Shown: positions 11,190-21,101 of the stretch, piece after piece | How positions within the stretch are numbered: the stretch's first letter is position 1 | How the letters are laid out: each line of letters opens with the position of its first letter | NCBI GenBank assembly: GCA_965223665.1 | Contig: OZ245011.1 | Coordinates: 2,496,001-2,560,000, forward strand | Direction: 5' to 3' | DNA: 64,000 nucleotides | Source: Nitrospinaceae bacterium | GTDB lineage: Bacteria; Nitrospinota; Nitrospinia; Nitrospinales; Nitrospinaceae | Notes under the pieces: generated by a model | Seen by the model: the letters and a program-made list of their open reading frames with translations, nothing else | The model's database searches: none | What the model was told of the DNA's origin: nothing | Program-made: the position numbers and the translations under genes

Positions 11190-11585
11190 ATGCTCCGTAA
11201 AATATTTATTATCTTAATCGCAACTCTTGCATTTCTTTTTTGCGCTTCTGTATCCAGTGCGGGTCATAAGCATTACAAATCTCCTGGATTTGCTTCCAAA
11301 CATAAAATGGCTGACCATAGTTGCCCTTTGAATCATTCGCACGCTGGATTGCCCTGCCCACATTCAACCAAACACCAAGGAAAACAGGGTTGTCTTATTG
11401 GAGTGGATTGCGGGGGATCACCCTTAACTGCAATTCCATTCCCTAACATTTCTAAAAATCAATTTATTTCAAGTCACTCTATTTCTCTTACTAAGAAAGA
11501 AAATTATTCAATCCTAAATTTTAAAACTCCACTTTTTGAATTTATTTTTTTAGATTCATTAGATCCCCCTCCCAAATTTATCTAA
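11190..11585 (+). CDS. His/Cys-rich exported small protein with C-terminal DPPP (DUF2946/CruR-like leader peptide candidate)
   Basis: Signal/TM segment, HKH..HKMADHSCPLNHSHAGLPCPH, CLIGVDC, ends SLDPPPKFI. Confidence 0.65.
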   Translation: MLRKIFIILIATLAFLFCASVSSAGHKHYKSPGFASKHKMADHSCPLNHSHAGLPCPHSTKHQGKQGCLIGVDCGGSPLTAIPFPNISKNQFISSHSISLTKKENYSILNFKTPLFEFIFLDSLDPPPKFI

Positions 11586-11962
11586 ATCATTTCTAAAAGA
11601 AACGTGATTTTATTATCAAGGGTCATGCTTTGCCTAAATTCCTTTGATGCAAATCATTTTTCCAAAGACACTAAAAATCGATCTATACATTATTTGATGT
11701 ATTCGAAGACAAAGGTGCCACAATCCGTGTGGCTTTGATCCAATTCCATTTTGGATGGATAAAAGCTAATGGTAACAAACTCCTTAAACTCTGGTTGGGA
11801 ATGAACCTCCACCGACCAATAATTTTGGTTGGAAACAATCTTTTACCCTGCCTCAACAAGGATTTAGCTTGCAAAGCCACGCGGGGTGCATCTTGTGCTT
11901 GTGGATTTTTAATATATTCAATGTAAAAAAGTAATCCAATTAAATTTCAAGGAGAGCAAAAA

Positions 11963-12772
11963 ATGAGATCAAATTTATTTTCAAAAAGTAGAATTGATAC
12001 CCTTTTATACGGGGTTTTATTAACCACCTTTTTAGCAACAACGTTATTCTCTGTTAATGGATTTGCCAATCCACATACGACCATACTTAAAAAGAACAAC
12101 CCTGTGGATTTTTCTGTTAGAGATGAATTGGAAGGAAGTTCAAGCATTATCAATCACATTCGAATTCCCCACGGTTGTAATGGATCTGCCATAACAGCGA
12201 TGGGTGTGGTATTTCCGAATGGAGATGTGGATGCAGTAAGAATGGATACCGGAGATGAAATCGACCCTTCCGATCACATTAATGGGAATGCCATTAGTGG
12301 GGCCAAACCGGTTCAAAATCATAATATTTTCAGAAGAATTCGATACCGTGAAGCTGCTGACCCAAATTCACCTGGCAATAACAACGTTCGCGCTTTTCAA
12401 TTTAGAACAGGTTGGTTGGATCCTGGACTGATCGGTTTGATAGCATTTAATGCAAACTTTCCTTCTTTTAAGGAAGAATCATGTGCTAAAAAACTTCGAG
12501 TAAATATTGCCATTGCAAACTATTGCACAAAGTCACAGGTAGGAGATGACAGAGCAGATATTTGGATTGGCCATTTCACGCCAAAGTTTGACGATCCAGT
12601 ATTAGTGGTTCAAAGCCCACCGGGTTTTTGGCCTCATTTAAATGTTATTCGGGATCTGGAGAATAATCCACTTCCAGATGGGTGCGGCGAAGGATATGAA
12701 ATTGCTGTTTCCCCTTCTTCAAGCGACATAGATGAATATTTACCCATTCCTCAATACTGGCCTGCAAATTAA
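11963..12772 (+). CDS. Secreted YcnI/DUF1775-like putative copper-binding protein
   Basis: Signal peptide followed by a His near the mature N-terminus (ANPHTTI); RIPHGCNGSAITAMGVVFP resembles the DUF1775 RVPHGC motif; AAGGAG SD. Confidence 0.6.
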   Translation: MRSNLFSKSRIDTLLYGVLLTTFLATTLFSVNGFANPHTTILKKNNPVDFSVRDELEGSSSIINHIRIPHGCNGSAITAMGVVFPNGDVDAVRMDTGDEIDPSDHINGNAISGAKPVQNHNIFRRIRYREAADPNSPGNNNVRAFQFRTGWLDPGLIGLIAFNANFPSFKEESCAKKLRVNIAIANYCTKSQVGDDRADIWIGHFTPKFDDPVLVVQSPPGFWPHLNVIRDLENNPLPDGCGEGYEIAVSPSSSDIDEYLPIPQYWPAN

Positions 12773-12797
12773 TTGGTCCGTGGAAGAACATTTTATG

Positions 12798-12827
12798 GGA
12801 TTCGCTATAAAATTTTGTAGCGGATCC
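12798..12827. terminator. Hairpin between convergent genes, probable bidirectional terminator
   Basis: GGATTCGCTATAAA..TTTGTAGCGGATCC inverted repeat between convergent stop codons. Confidence 0.6.
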
Positions 12828-12843
12828 TTAAATTGTTTTAAAT

Positions 12844-13599
12844 TTAATCCATAGATTGGACTAATTGTTCAAGTTGCGAGTCACCTGTAAGCTGGAGAAA
12901 AATATCTTCTAATTGACCCTGATCCATTTGGGCTTTTTCTCTAAGGTCATTTAGAGAACCGAGTGCAATTAGTTCTCCTTTTTGAATAATCCCAATACGG
13001 TCGCACATACTTTGAGCAATACTCAACGAGTGAGTGGACATAAAAAGACTTGCACCTTTTTTACATAAATCTTGAAATAACTGTTTCACTTGTCGGGCTC
13101 CCTTAGGGTCAAGTCCAACCATAGGCTCGTCCACAATTAATACTTTTGGATCATGGAGTAGTGCACCAGAAATTATTAATTTTTGTTTCATTCCATGGGA
13201 ATAACTTTCCACCAATTCATCAGCTGCATCCATTAAATCGAAAAACTCTAAATATTGTTGGGCTCTATTTTCAACATGGAATTTATCCATTTCATAGAGA
13301 TCACCAATAAATGAAAGATACTCTCGACCAGTAAGTTTTTCATAAATAAATGGTCGATCTGGAATATAACCTAACTTCTTCTTTGCAGCTTCAGGGTCCA
13401 ATGCTAAATCATGTCCAGCTACTAAAACTGAACCGTTTGTGGGTTTCAAAAGACCCACCAGCATCTTTATAGTTGTAGTTTTCCCTGCACCATTGGGCCC
13501 AAGAAACCCAAAAAATTCCCCCTTTGGAATATCCAGATTCAGACACTTTACCGCTTCATTATTTTTATATGTTTTTGTGAGGTTTTTTAATTGAATCAC
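12844..13599 (-). CDS. ABC transporter ATP-binding protein (ABC-2 type)
   Basis: GPNGAGKTT Walker A, YSHGMKQK signature, VLIVDEP Walker B. Confidence 0.92.
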   Translation of the reverse strand: MIQLKNLTKTYKNNEAVKCLNLDIPKGEFFGFLGPNGAGKTTTIKMLVGLLKPTNGSVLVAGHDLALDPEAAKKKLGYIPDRPFIYEKLTGREYLSFIGDLYEMDKFHVENRAQQYLEFFDLMDAADELVESYSHGMKQKLIISGALLHDPKVLIVDEPMVGLDPKGARQVKQLFQDLCKKGASLFMSTHSLSIAQSMCDRIGIIQKGELIALGSLNDLREKAQMDQGQLEDIFLQLTGDSQLEQLVQSMD

Positions 13600-13705
13600 G
13601 TGCGGATAATTAAGATAAGTGTAATCACTTTTTGTTGATTAGCATCGCCATAAATTTTAGTGGAAAAAAGAAATTAAGTTTCTAAAGGTACTTTTTTGGT
13701 CTCAA

Positions 13706-13978
13706 TTAGATTATTTCAAATGACGATAATCCCTTGGGAGCTATCCACTCTATATCTATTTCCTTAACGGATGCAAGCACAGGACCTTTACGACACCATT
13801 CAATAAATTTTTCAATTTTTTCTTTGGTTCCTTCGGCGTGTATTTCTACGGAACCGTCCTGACAATTCCTCACCCAACCAGTCAGACCCAGTTCTTTTGC
13901 AGATTTTTCTGTACCAGCGCGGAAATATACTCCCTGGACTCTACCACGAACACTAAGATGAACTGCAGACTCCATCAC
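13706..13978 (-). CDS. acyP: Acylphosphatase
   Basis: VRGRVQGVYFR, LTGWVRN..DGSVE, KGP.LA.V motifs. Confidence 0.93.
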   Translation of the reverse strand: MMESAVHLSVRGRVQGVYFRAGTEKSAKELGLTGWVRNCQDGSVEIHAEGTKEKIEKFIEWCRKGPVLASVKEIDIEWIAPKGLSSFEII

Positions 13979-13984
13979 GAACCA

Positions 13985-14221
13985 TTATTCTCCACGATTC
14001 GCTTTATCGTAAAGATTTTGAACTTCTCGATAAATAGAAAATTTAGATCCCTCACCAATTTTCTCTCCATATTTCCCTAAATCTCTCATTATTCGCTGAA
14101 ACTCAGACAATCCCCCAGTGAAATTATCTATGAGAGGACGAAAAGAAGCTTGCTCTTCATTATCCAACCGATCACAAATTTGCCTTAGTCGATTTTTTAA
14201 ATCTTCGTAGTTCTTTTCCAT
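13985..14221 (-). CDS. Hypothetical small helical protein
   Basis: 78-aa ORF, co-oriented and 6 nt upstream of acyP. Confidence 0.7.
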   Translation of the reverse strand: MEKNYEDLKNRLRQICDRLDNEEQASFRPLIDNFTGGLSEFQRIMRDLGKYGEKIGEGSKFSIYREVQNLYDKANRGE

Positions 14222-14312
14222 AGCCGTATGTTACTCGCAAGAATTTAGCTTTGCAACGAAATTTCCTAACCCGCTCTGACGAAATAAACTTTCCAAAAAC
14301 TTAAAATTGACC

Positions 14313-14342
14313 TATCGATATATTTTGTGGTATATATCGATA
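14313..14342 (+). promoter_or_regulatory. ModE-type operator overlapping the modA promoter
   Basis: TATCGATATATTTTGTGGTATATATCGATA matches the ModE consensus ATCGnTATATA-N6-TATATAnCGAT; TTGACC -35 at 14307. Confidence 0.88.
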
Positions 14343-14363
14343 TTAATTTCTCTATAAATTCAT

Positions 14364-15137
14364 ATGAGACACCCAATTCTAATATTCATTTTTTTCCTTA
14401 ATTACTTTTTCACTTTGCCTATTGTAGAAGCGGAGCCAGTAACTGCTGCAGTTTCATCTAATTTTTTAAATACCTTTAAGCATATCGCCGGTGAATTTGA
14501 AAAATCTACCGGAAATAAAGTTCATATTGTATCTGGATCCACAGGTAAGCTTTTCACCCAAATCGTCCATGGAGCACCCTATGATATTTTTTTAGCCGCC
14601 GACCAAAAGCGCCCAGCACTATTAAAAAAAAGAGGATTAGTTCTCAAAGAAGCTTGGACATATGCCTTCGGTAAATTAGTCCTTTGGACCACAAACTCGA
14701 AATATGATCTTAAAGAGGGAGAAAAATTTTTAAGAAAAAGTTCTTTCAAGTACATTGCACTAGCAAATCCTAAAACTGCACCCTATGGTAAGGCGACCCT
14801 TGACACATTGAATAATTTAAAGCTTTACCAAAAACTAAAATCCAAAATGGTATTTGGAGAAAATGTGGGGCAGACTTTTCAATTTATTGCTACGCAAAAT
14901 GCTGAGTTAGGGTTTATTTCTTTATCTCAAGTACTGGATCCAAATTTAAAAATAAAAGGAACCTATTGGAAAGTTCCAGTAAATTATTACGATCCCATTG
15001 CTCAAGATATAGTTCTACTTAAACAAAAAAGTATTAATTCTTCCGCTGTAGATTTACTCGATTTTTTAAAATCAAAATCTACACAAAGGATAATTGAAAA
15101 ATACGGTTATGGAATAACAAATAAGGAAATAAAATGA
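14364..15137 (+). CDS. modA: Molybdate ABC transporter substrate-binding protein
   Basis: GSTGKLFTQIVHGAPYDIFLAAD, ANPKTAPYG, GENVGQ. Confidence 0.95.
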   Translation: MRHPILIFIFFLNYFFTLPIVEAEPVTAAVSSNFLNTFKHIAGEFEKSTGNKVHIVSGSTGKLFTQIVHGAPYDIFLAADQKRPALLKKRGLVLKEAWTYAFGKLVLWTTNSKYDLKEGEKFLRKSSFKYIALANPKTAPYGKATLDTLNNLKLYQKLKSKMVFGENVGQTFQFIATQNAELGFISLSQVLDPNLKIKGTYWKVPVNYYDPIAQDIVLLKQKSINSSAVDLLDFLKSKSTQRIIEKYGYGITNKEIK

Positions 15138-15814
15138 ACCACTGGGAAATAGACTGGGGACCTATTTGGATAACCTTGCAACTCGCATTAGTAACTGTCT
15201 TTATTCTTTTATTGATTGGAACTCCACTCGCATGGTGGTTAAGTCAAACAAAATCACGATTACGACCTTGGATAGAAGCCGTTACTACCTTACCTCTGAT
15301 TTTACCTCCAACTGTTCTTGGATTTTATTTATTAATTTTAATAGGTAAAAATGGAATCGTAGGAGGTCCAATTGAGATGCTTACCGGATCTACTTTGGCA
15401 TTTTCCTTTACAGGACTAGTAATTGCTTCAACCATTTATTCCCTTCCATTTGTGGTCCAACCTCTACAAACGGCTTTTGAATCTGTTGGAGTGTCCCCTT
15501 TAGAAGCCGCATGGACTTTACGCGCATCTAAATGGGATTCTTTTTTAACAGTCGCTTCTCCATTGGCTTTTCGCGGTTACTTAACAGCAGTTGTCTTAGG
15601 GTTTGCCCACACGCTAGGAGAGTTTGGAGTGGTGTTGATGGTGGGTGGTAATATTCCAGGGAAAACTAAAGTAATCTCTATCGCAATTTATGATTATGTT
15701 GAAACTTTGGAATACGCTCAAGCACATATTCTATCGGCTGGCTTATTAGCCTTTTCTTTTTTAGTTTTATTATTGGTCTATTCTGTTAACCGTCGTTTTC
15801 CAGTCCATTTGTAA
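15134..15814 (+). CDS. modB: Molybdate ABC transporter permease
   Basis: LPLILPPTVLGFYLL, FAHTLGEFGVVLMVGGNIPGKT. Confidence 0.95.
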   Translation: MNHWEIDWGPIWITLQLALVTVFILLLIGTPLAWWLSQTKSRLRPWIEAVTTLPLILPPTVLGFYLLILIGKNGIVGGPIEMLTGSTLAFSFTGLVIASTIYSLPFVVQPLQTAFESVGVSPLEAAWTLRASKWDSFLTVASPLAFRGYLTAVVLGFAHTLGEFGVVLMVGGNIPGKTKVISIAIYDYVETLEYAQAHILSAGLLAFSFLVLLLVYSVNRRFPVHL

Positions 15815-16914
15815 TGAGTATCATTAAGGCAAAATTCCAAATTAATTTTCCTCCATTTCAATTAGAAACAAACCTTGAAGTCCCCACTAAAGGCGTAACA
15901 GTCATTTTTGGCCCTTCGGGATGTGGAAAAACGACTTTCCTAAAATGCATTGCTGGATTGATACGATCACCCAATGGATATTTTCAATTAGGAGAAGAAA
16001 TTTGGCAAGATGAAACCAAAAATATATTCCGCCCGGTACACAAACGAGGGATTGGGATGGTATTCCAAGAAGCCCGCTTATTTTCCCATATGTCGGTCGA
16101 ATCTAATTTAAAATATGGCCAAAAACGAATTCCATTATCTGAAAGAAGAGTGACTTGGGAACAAATAATAAAAATTATGGATCTAAGCCCCTTATTAAAG
16201 CGGTCTCCCAAAAAATTATCAGGGGGAGAACAACAACGGGTTGCCATCGGTCGCGCTTTATTAACCAGTCCAAAAATTTTATTAATGGACGAACCTCTAG
16301 CAAACCTGGATACCACTCGCAAGTTAGAAATCATTCCCTTCCTGACTAAATTAAAGGAAGAATTAGAAATTCCCATTTTCTATGTTAGCCATTCATTAAC
16401 CGAAGTATTGCAAATAATGGATACACTCGTCTTAATGGGAAACGGGGAAATTATTACAAGTGGCGCAGCCAATAAGGTTATGGCACAAACAAATCTTCCT
16501 CAAGCCACTTCATTAAATTTTCGGGGTTCTATCCTAGAAACCAAAGTTGTTGACCATGATATAGAATTTAATTTGACACGGGTTCAATTTAGAAATCATT
16601 TTCTGTATATTCCCCGCCAGCCTTTTAGCTCTGGACAAACTTTACGTTTGCATGTTTTGGCAAAAGATATAAGTATTCATTTAAACCCGCCTCAAGGACC
16701 AACCAGCGTACTCAATATATTATCGGGAACAGTATTAGAAATTGGAATGATAAATTCAAAAGAATCGTCAGTAGAAATTCAATTAGACGTAGGAGAGCCT
16801 ATATTAGCTACCATAACTCGAAAATCTCTCCATGACCTGGACTTAAAACCTGGCCAGCAAGTTTATCTTTACTTTAAAGCGGTAAAAATGATTCACGAAA
16901 TTGAAGAGAACTAA
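15814..16914 (+). CDS. modC: Molybdate ABC transporter ATP-binding protein with TOBE/Mop domain
   Basis: GPSGCGKTT, VFQEARLFSH, LSGGEQQRVAIGRAL, C-terminal ITRKSLHDLDLKPGQQV. Confidence 0.95.
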   Translation: MSIIKAKFQINFPPFQLETNLEVPTKGVTVIFGPSGCGKTTFLKCIAGLIRSPNGYFQLGEEIWQDETKNIFRPVHKRGIGMVFQEARLFSHMSVESNLKYGQKRIPLSERRVTWEQIIKIMDLSPLLKRSPKKLSGGEQQRVAIGRALLTSPKILLMDEPLANLDTTRKLEIIPFLTKLKEELEIPIFYVSHSLTEVLQIMDTLVLMGNGEIITSGAANKVMAQTNLPQATSLNFRGSILETKVVDHDIEFNLTRVQFRNHFLYIPRQPFSSGQTLRLHVLAKDISIHLNPPQGPTSVLNILSGTVLEIGMINSKESSVEIQLDVGEPILATITRKSLHDLDLKPGQQVYLYFKAVKMIHEIEEN

Positions 16915-16940
16915 TAACCCAAAACCAGTTTTAGAAGCAT

Positions 16941-19900
16941 TTAATGAGCCATTTCATTTTCAATGTCAGGGTTAATTTTGATGGCCATTTGATAATGCTT
17001 GCGGGCAGCGTCTTCATTTCCAACCAACTCATTTATCATACACAAATTGTAATGAGCTTTAGCTAGCTTTGGATTAAGACGAACTGCCTGGTTAAAAGGA
17101 CCTAGGGCTTCATGATAATGCTGTAATCTATAATAAACATCTCCCAATTGGAATTGCACTTCTGGATCTCTTGGCAATAGCTTTGCCGCTTTAGTTAAAT
17201 GGATCAATGCTTCCTCAGATTGATTATTCCTTATATACATCATCGCCAGTTTAAATAGAGATCTTGCATCTTTAGGATTTCTACGAATGGCAGCATCTAA
17301 CCGAGCACGTTCCTTTTCATCCTCAATTGACATTTGAGGAACTTTTCCTTTTAACTTATTATCTCCATTTGAAGCACTCGCATTTGATTGTTTAGGAGGT
17401 TCTTTTTCATCATTAGAATCTTGAACTGCTTTTTTCGGCTTAGCTTCAATCACAGTTGGAGGAGCAGACATATCTTGGAAGGTCTTTAATTTTGATTCTA
17501 ATTCGGTTCGCAAGTTTTGTTCTGATTGGATTCGTTCTTTTAATGCTTTTATTTCTTCTGTAAGATTGGAAACGTCATTTTCCAAACTAATTTTTTCTTC
17601 CTTGGCTTTACTCTCAGTGGCTTTGAGCAGTTCAAATTCTTTTTTCAATCCTTCCACTTCACCACTTCCTTCAACTTTTTCTTTAAGAACTCCGTCTAAC
17701 TTTTCTTGTGTTTCTTTTAATTGTAATTTTAATTTATTATTCTCTTCTGTGATTTTAGACTCTGTTTTCATTAGAGAGTTTATTTGTTTCTGTAATGCTT
17801 CAGCTGCACTAGAGCCTTGACTCTTCTCCTTAACTACATTTTCCAAATTAGTTCGCGCTTCTTTAAATTTTGCCTCTAAATCCGATTTTTCTTTTTTAAT
17901 ATTCTCCTCCGACTGACGGAGGGAACTTATTTGTTTCTGTAAGGCTTCAATCGTTCCCGATCCTTTGGATGCTTCCTGAACCGCAGATTCAAGTTTTTTC
18001 CTATGATCGTTAAATTCAGTTTCCAATTTAGTTTTTTCAACTCTCAATTTTTCTTCAGAATTACGAATTGAATCAACTTGTTTCTTCAAAGCCTCAATAG
18101 CACCAAGGTTTTTAGAATTATCTCTAACAACTGAGTCTAATTGGGATTTAGTCTCATTTAATTGACTTTCCAGTTTTTTATTCAAAGAGGAATTTTTTTC
18201 CAATTCCCGCTTATAGGAATTTTCCTGATTAACATGTTCCTTAATCTTTGATTCAAGCTGAACTTTTTCGGTTTTTAAAGTGTCTTCTGTTTTACGCACC
18301 TCTTCAATTTGCCTTTGAAGTGCTTCTGCCGCACCGGAACCTTTGGCAGATTCCTTTAACGCCTCATCCAATTTTGCTTGAGTTTCCTTTAATTCATTCT
18401 CAATTTTCTTCTGTTCTAATTTAACGCTTTCAGTCTCTTTTTGGGAAGAAGCAATTAGATCCTCATAGTCATTAACCTTACTCACTAAATCTACTTTTTC
18501 TTCTTTAAGTAATGCTTCAGATTTATTCTTTTTCTCAATTTCGCTTTGTAAAGCTTCGGCAGCACCCTTACTTTTTGCAGATTCTTTAAGTGTCTCTTCT
18601 AACTTGGATCTTGTACTCTTAAGCTCATTTTCCAATCCTTCCTTTTTGGCTTTAATTTCTAATTCTGATTTTCGAATAGTATCTGCTTCTTTTTGTAAAC
18701 TTTCCGTTTTCGTCAAAAGGGTTTGATTTTCTTTATGAGCTTTTTCTAATTTTGATTCTGTTTCTTTTAACTTCCCAGTCAAGCCATCCTTTTCAGATTT
18801 TAGATTTTCTTCTTCTTCCCGGGCTTTTGAAATTTGTTTTTGTAATTTTTCAGCAACATCGGATCCTTGCGCAGATTCCTCTAAAGCTTCATCCAATTGA
18901 GATTGGACATCTTTCAGGCGATTGTCTAAAGCAAGTTTTTCTGTCTTTAAAGATTCTTCACCCTTCCTTAATTCATCAATTTGTCTTTGTAATTCTTCCG
19001 TGAGACCTGAAGTTTTGGCGGAATCTTTACTGGTTTCGTCCAATTGTGATTGAATACTTTTAAGACTTTTTTCTAAATGTTCCTTCTCTCCTTTTAACTC
19101 TTTTTCAGATTCCTGGAGCTCTTCAATTTGTTTTTGCAAAGAATCGGTTAGGTCGGATCCATCAGTTGAGGATTTAATGGCCTCATCCAGTTTTATTTTT
19201 AAATCCTCTAACTGAATATTAAGTTCAGCATTTTCATTCTTTAAAGCCTCTTCGGATTTTCTGACAGAATCAATTTCATTTTGAATATTTTTAACATCTG
19301 AGGAAGATGTTTTTTGGGCTGTTTCTAAGGCAGATTTAACTTCTTCTAAATCTTTTTCCAGTTTTAATCTTTTGTCTATTTCTGCTTTTAACTCTTCGTC
19401 CGAAACACCATCTTTTTCAGAAGATGTTTTTTTAACTTCCACTAATTCAGAATTTACTTCTTTCAATTCTTGTTCTAGTTTTAATCTTTTTTCTACCTCT
19501 TTATTAAACTTTTCCTCTGAAATCCCAGCGTTATCTTTAGAGGAAGAGGATTCATTAGCCCGCTTAAGTTGAGATTCAATTTCTTTTCGAGCATCTATCT
19601 CTTCCAACAACTTTTTATTAACCTGATATAATTCTTCAGTTCGCTCGGATAAACTTTTTTCCACACTCGCCCGTTTTTCCTGCTCCATTTGGAGTTCTAT
19701 ACTCGACCCATCCAATCCACCAGACGAATCGGCGTTTTCTTGAACGGAAGATAATTTGGCTTTTACTTCTTTTAATGCATTTTCTGCATTAATTCGTCTT
19801 TGTATTTCCTTTTTGAGTGCATCGTCAGATCCAGAAGCACCACCCTGGGTAGCAGAAGCTAGTTGTTGCTTAGCTTCCTTTAGCTCTTGAGTACGTTCTT

Positions 19901-19976
19901 TTAATTGAGAGCTAAGGCTTTGTAGTACTTCTTGAAGTGTTTGCGCAACACCTTTATTGGGGGTAGTAGACATCAA
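16941..19976 (-). CDS. Long coiled-coil protein with ~49-aa repeats and C-terminal TPRs
   Basis: About 830 aa of heptad-rich E/K/L/S sequence; three TPRs at the C-terminus (NPKDARSLFKLA, DPEVQFQLG, NPKLAKAHYNL); TTG start. Confidence 0.85.
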   Translation of the reverse strand: MMSTTPNKGVAQTLQEVLQSLSSQLKERTQELKEAKQQLASATQGGASGSDDALKKEIQRRINAENALKEVKAKLSSVQENADSSGGLDGSSIELQMEQEKRASVEKSLSERTEELYQVNKKLLEEIDARKEIESQLKRANESSSSKDNAGISEEKFNKEVEKRLKLEQELKEVNSELVEVKKTSSEKDGVSDEELKAEIDKRLKLEKDLEEVKSALETAQKTSSSDVKNIQNEIDSVRKSEEALKNENAELNIQLEDLKIKLDEAIKSSTDGSDLTDSLQKQIEELQESEKELKGEKEHLEKSLKSIQSQLDETSKDSAKTSGLTEELQRQIDELRKGEESLKTEKLALDNRLKDVQSQLDEALEESAQGSDVAEKLQKQISKAREEEENLKSEKDGLTGKLKETESKLEKAHKENQTLLTKTESLQKEADTIRKSELEIKAKKEGLENELKSTRSKLEETLKESAKSKGAAEALQSEIEKKNKSEALLKEEKVDLVSKVNDYEDLIASSQKETESVKLEQKKIENELKETQAKLDEALKESAKGSGAAEALQRQIEEVRKTEDTLKTEKVQLESKIKEHVNQENSYKRELEKNSSLNKKLESQLNETKSQLDSVVRDNSKNLGAIEALKKQVDSIRNSEEKLRVEKTKLETEFNDHRKKLESAVQEASKGSGTIEALQKQISSLRQSEENIKKEKSDLEAKFKEARTNLENVVKEKSQGSSAAEALQKQINSLMKTESKITEENNKLKLQLKETQEKLDGVLKEKVEGSGEVEGLKKEFELLKATESKAKEEKISLENDVSNLTEEIKALKERIQSEQNLRTELESKLKTFQDMSAPPTVIEAKPKKAVQDSNDEKEPPKQSNASASNGDNKLKGKVPQMSIEDEKERARLDAAIRRNPKDARSLFKLAMMYIRNNQSEEALIHLTKAAKLLPRDPEVQFQLGDVYYRLQHYHEALGPFNQAVRLNPKLAKAHYNLCMINELVGNEDAARKHYQMAIKINPDIENEMAH

Positions 19977-20602
19977 ATATTCCTTAACTTAGAAGAATCC
20001 CCGAACGATAATATCTAAGCGCCTCATATTGCAAATATGGGCAAAAATAAACAAAATAAAAAATATTCCCAAAATGGCCTAAAAAAATATAAAACTGATT
20101 ACATATTTTTTTATTGCCTTCCTCACATTTTTAAACCCGTAAAAATTAAAAGACAAAAGTAATCCCATAAAATCTTATAAACAATTATCTAAAAGGGTAG
20201 ACAAAACTCCCCTCACGACAATTTTTTGGCAGCAACAATTGCCTTTGGATTAAATTTTTCAATTAATTAGAGGCACAAACCCCAGGTTCTCTTGTATATT
20301 TAGTTTAAGGCAAAACCCAATAAATTTGGATAATCAATTTAAAAAAACTTATAAATTTCTTCGGTCCTTTAAAATTAAAATGATTTTTTTCTTTGGATTC
20401 TTTATTCTAAATTAACAAAGCATTTTTCAACAACAATGGGGTGGCATAAGCCCAGTTTCTTTATGAAACAAAATTTCTAATTAATAAAAACTTATAAAGA
20501 ATCTTTGAATTTTCTTAAGTTAAATGAATAACGAGTTGAAAGTTTTAAAATGGTAGGCTTTTCTATGACAATTTAAAAAAAAGGAAAAGTGGAAAGAAAG
20601 AT

Positions 20603-21082
20603 TTATTTAGATTTGTATTCGGGGTTTAAACGATCTGCTTCCTTTTTATAAGAGTCAGCTTCATCGTTATTTCCTAAAAGTTTGTAGACTAGACTTAAAA
20701 CTCGATGGGCATCTGCAAAATCAGGTTTAGTTTTAACAGCATTTTTTAGGGGTTCAAGTGCATCAGAATACTGACCAACAACCATATAACCTAAGGCCAA
20801 ATTATAATGAGCTTCAGCCCATTCGGGATCTAAAAAAGTCGCCTCTTGAAATGCATCTAACATTTCTTCGAATCTTTTTAAGGAGTCGAATGCCCTTCCC
20901 AAGCCTAAGTGAGCTTTTGCACTTTTAGAATTTAAGCGAACTGCTTTTTGAAAAACTTCCAAAGCGTCTTGTCCCTTTAATTCATAAAGATAGGCATCCC
21001 CTAAATTTAAATAATTTTCAAGATTCTCAGGGTTTTTTTCTAAATTTTCCAGGAGTTTTTGAATATTTTCTGATGATTCCAA
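20603..21082 (-). CDS. TPR-repeat protein
   Basis: YLNLGDAY, AHLGLGRAF, AHYNLALGY, PDFADAH repeats. Confidence 0.85.
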   Translation of the reverse strand: MESSENIQKLLENLEKNPENLENYLNLGDAYLYELKGQDALEVFQKAVRLNSKSAKAHLGLGRAFDSLKRFEEMLDAFQEATFLDPEWAEAHYNLALGYMVVGQYSDALEPLKNAVKTKPDFADAHRVLSLVYKLLGNNDEADSYKKEADRLNPEYKSK

Positions 21083-21101
21083 AATGTTTTTCCTACGAGT
21101 A

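Noticed and set aside
11683-11926. 65-aa ORFs on both strands between 11585 and 11963
   Set aside because: GTG starts without an SD and no recognisable features; more likely a structured untranslated spacer.
16941-19976. SMC/chromosome segregation protein
   Set aside because: No Walker A/B, signature motif or hinge domain; the similarity would be only compositional.
20226-20245. sigma54 promoter-like TTGGCAGCAACAATTGCC
   Set aside because: GG-to-GC spacing is 11 rather than 10, and it points away from any plausible gene.
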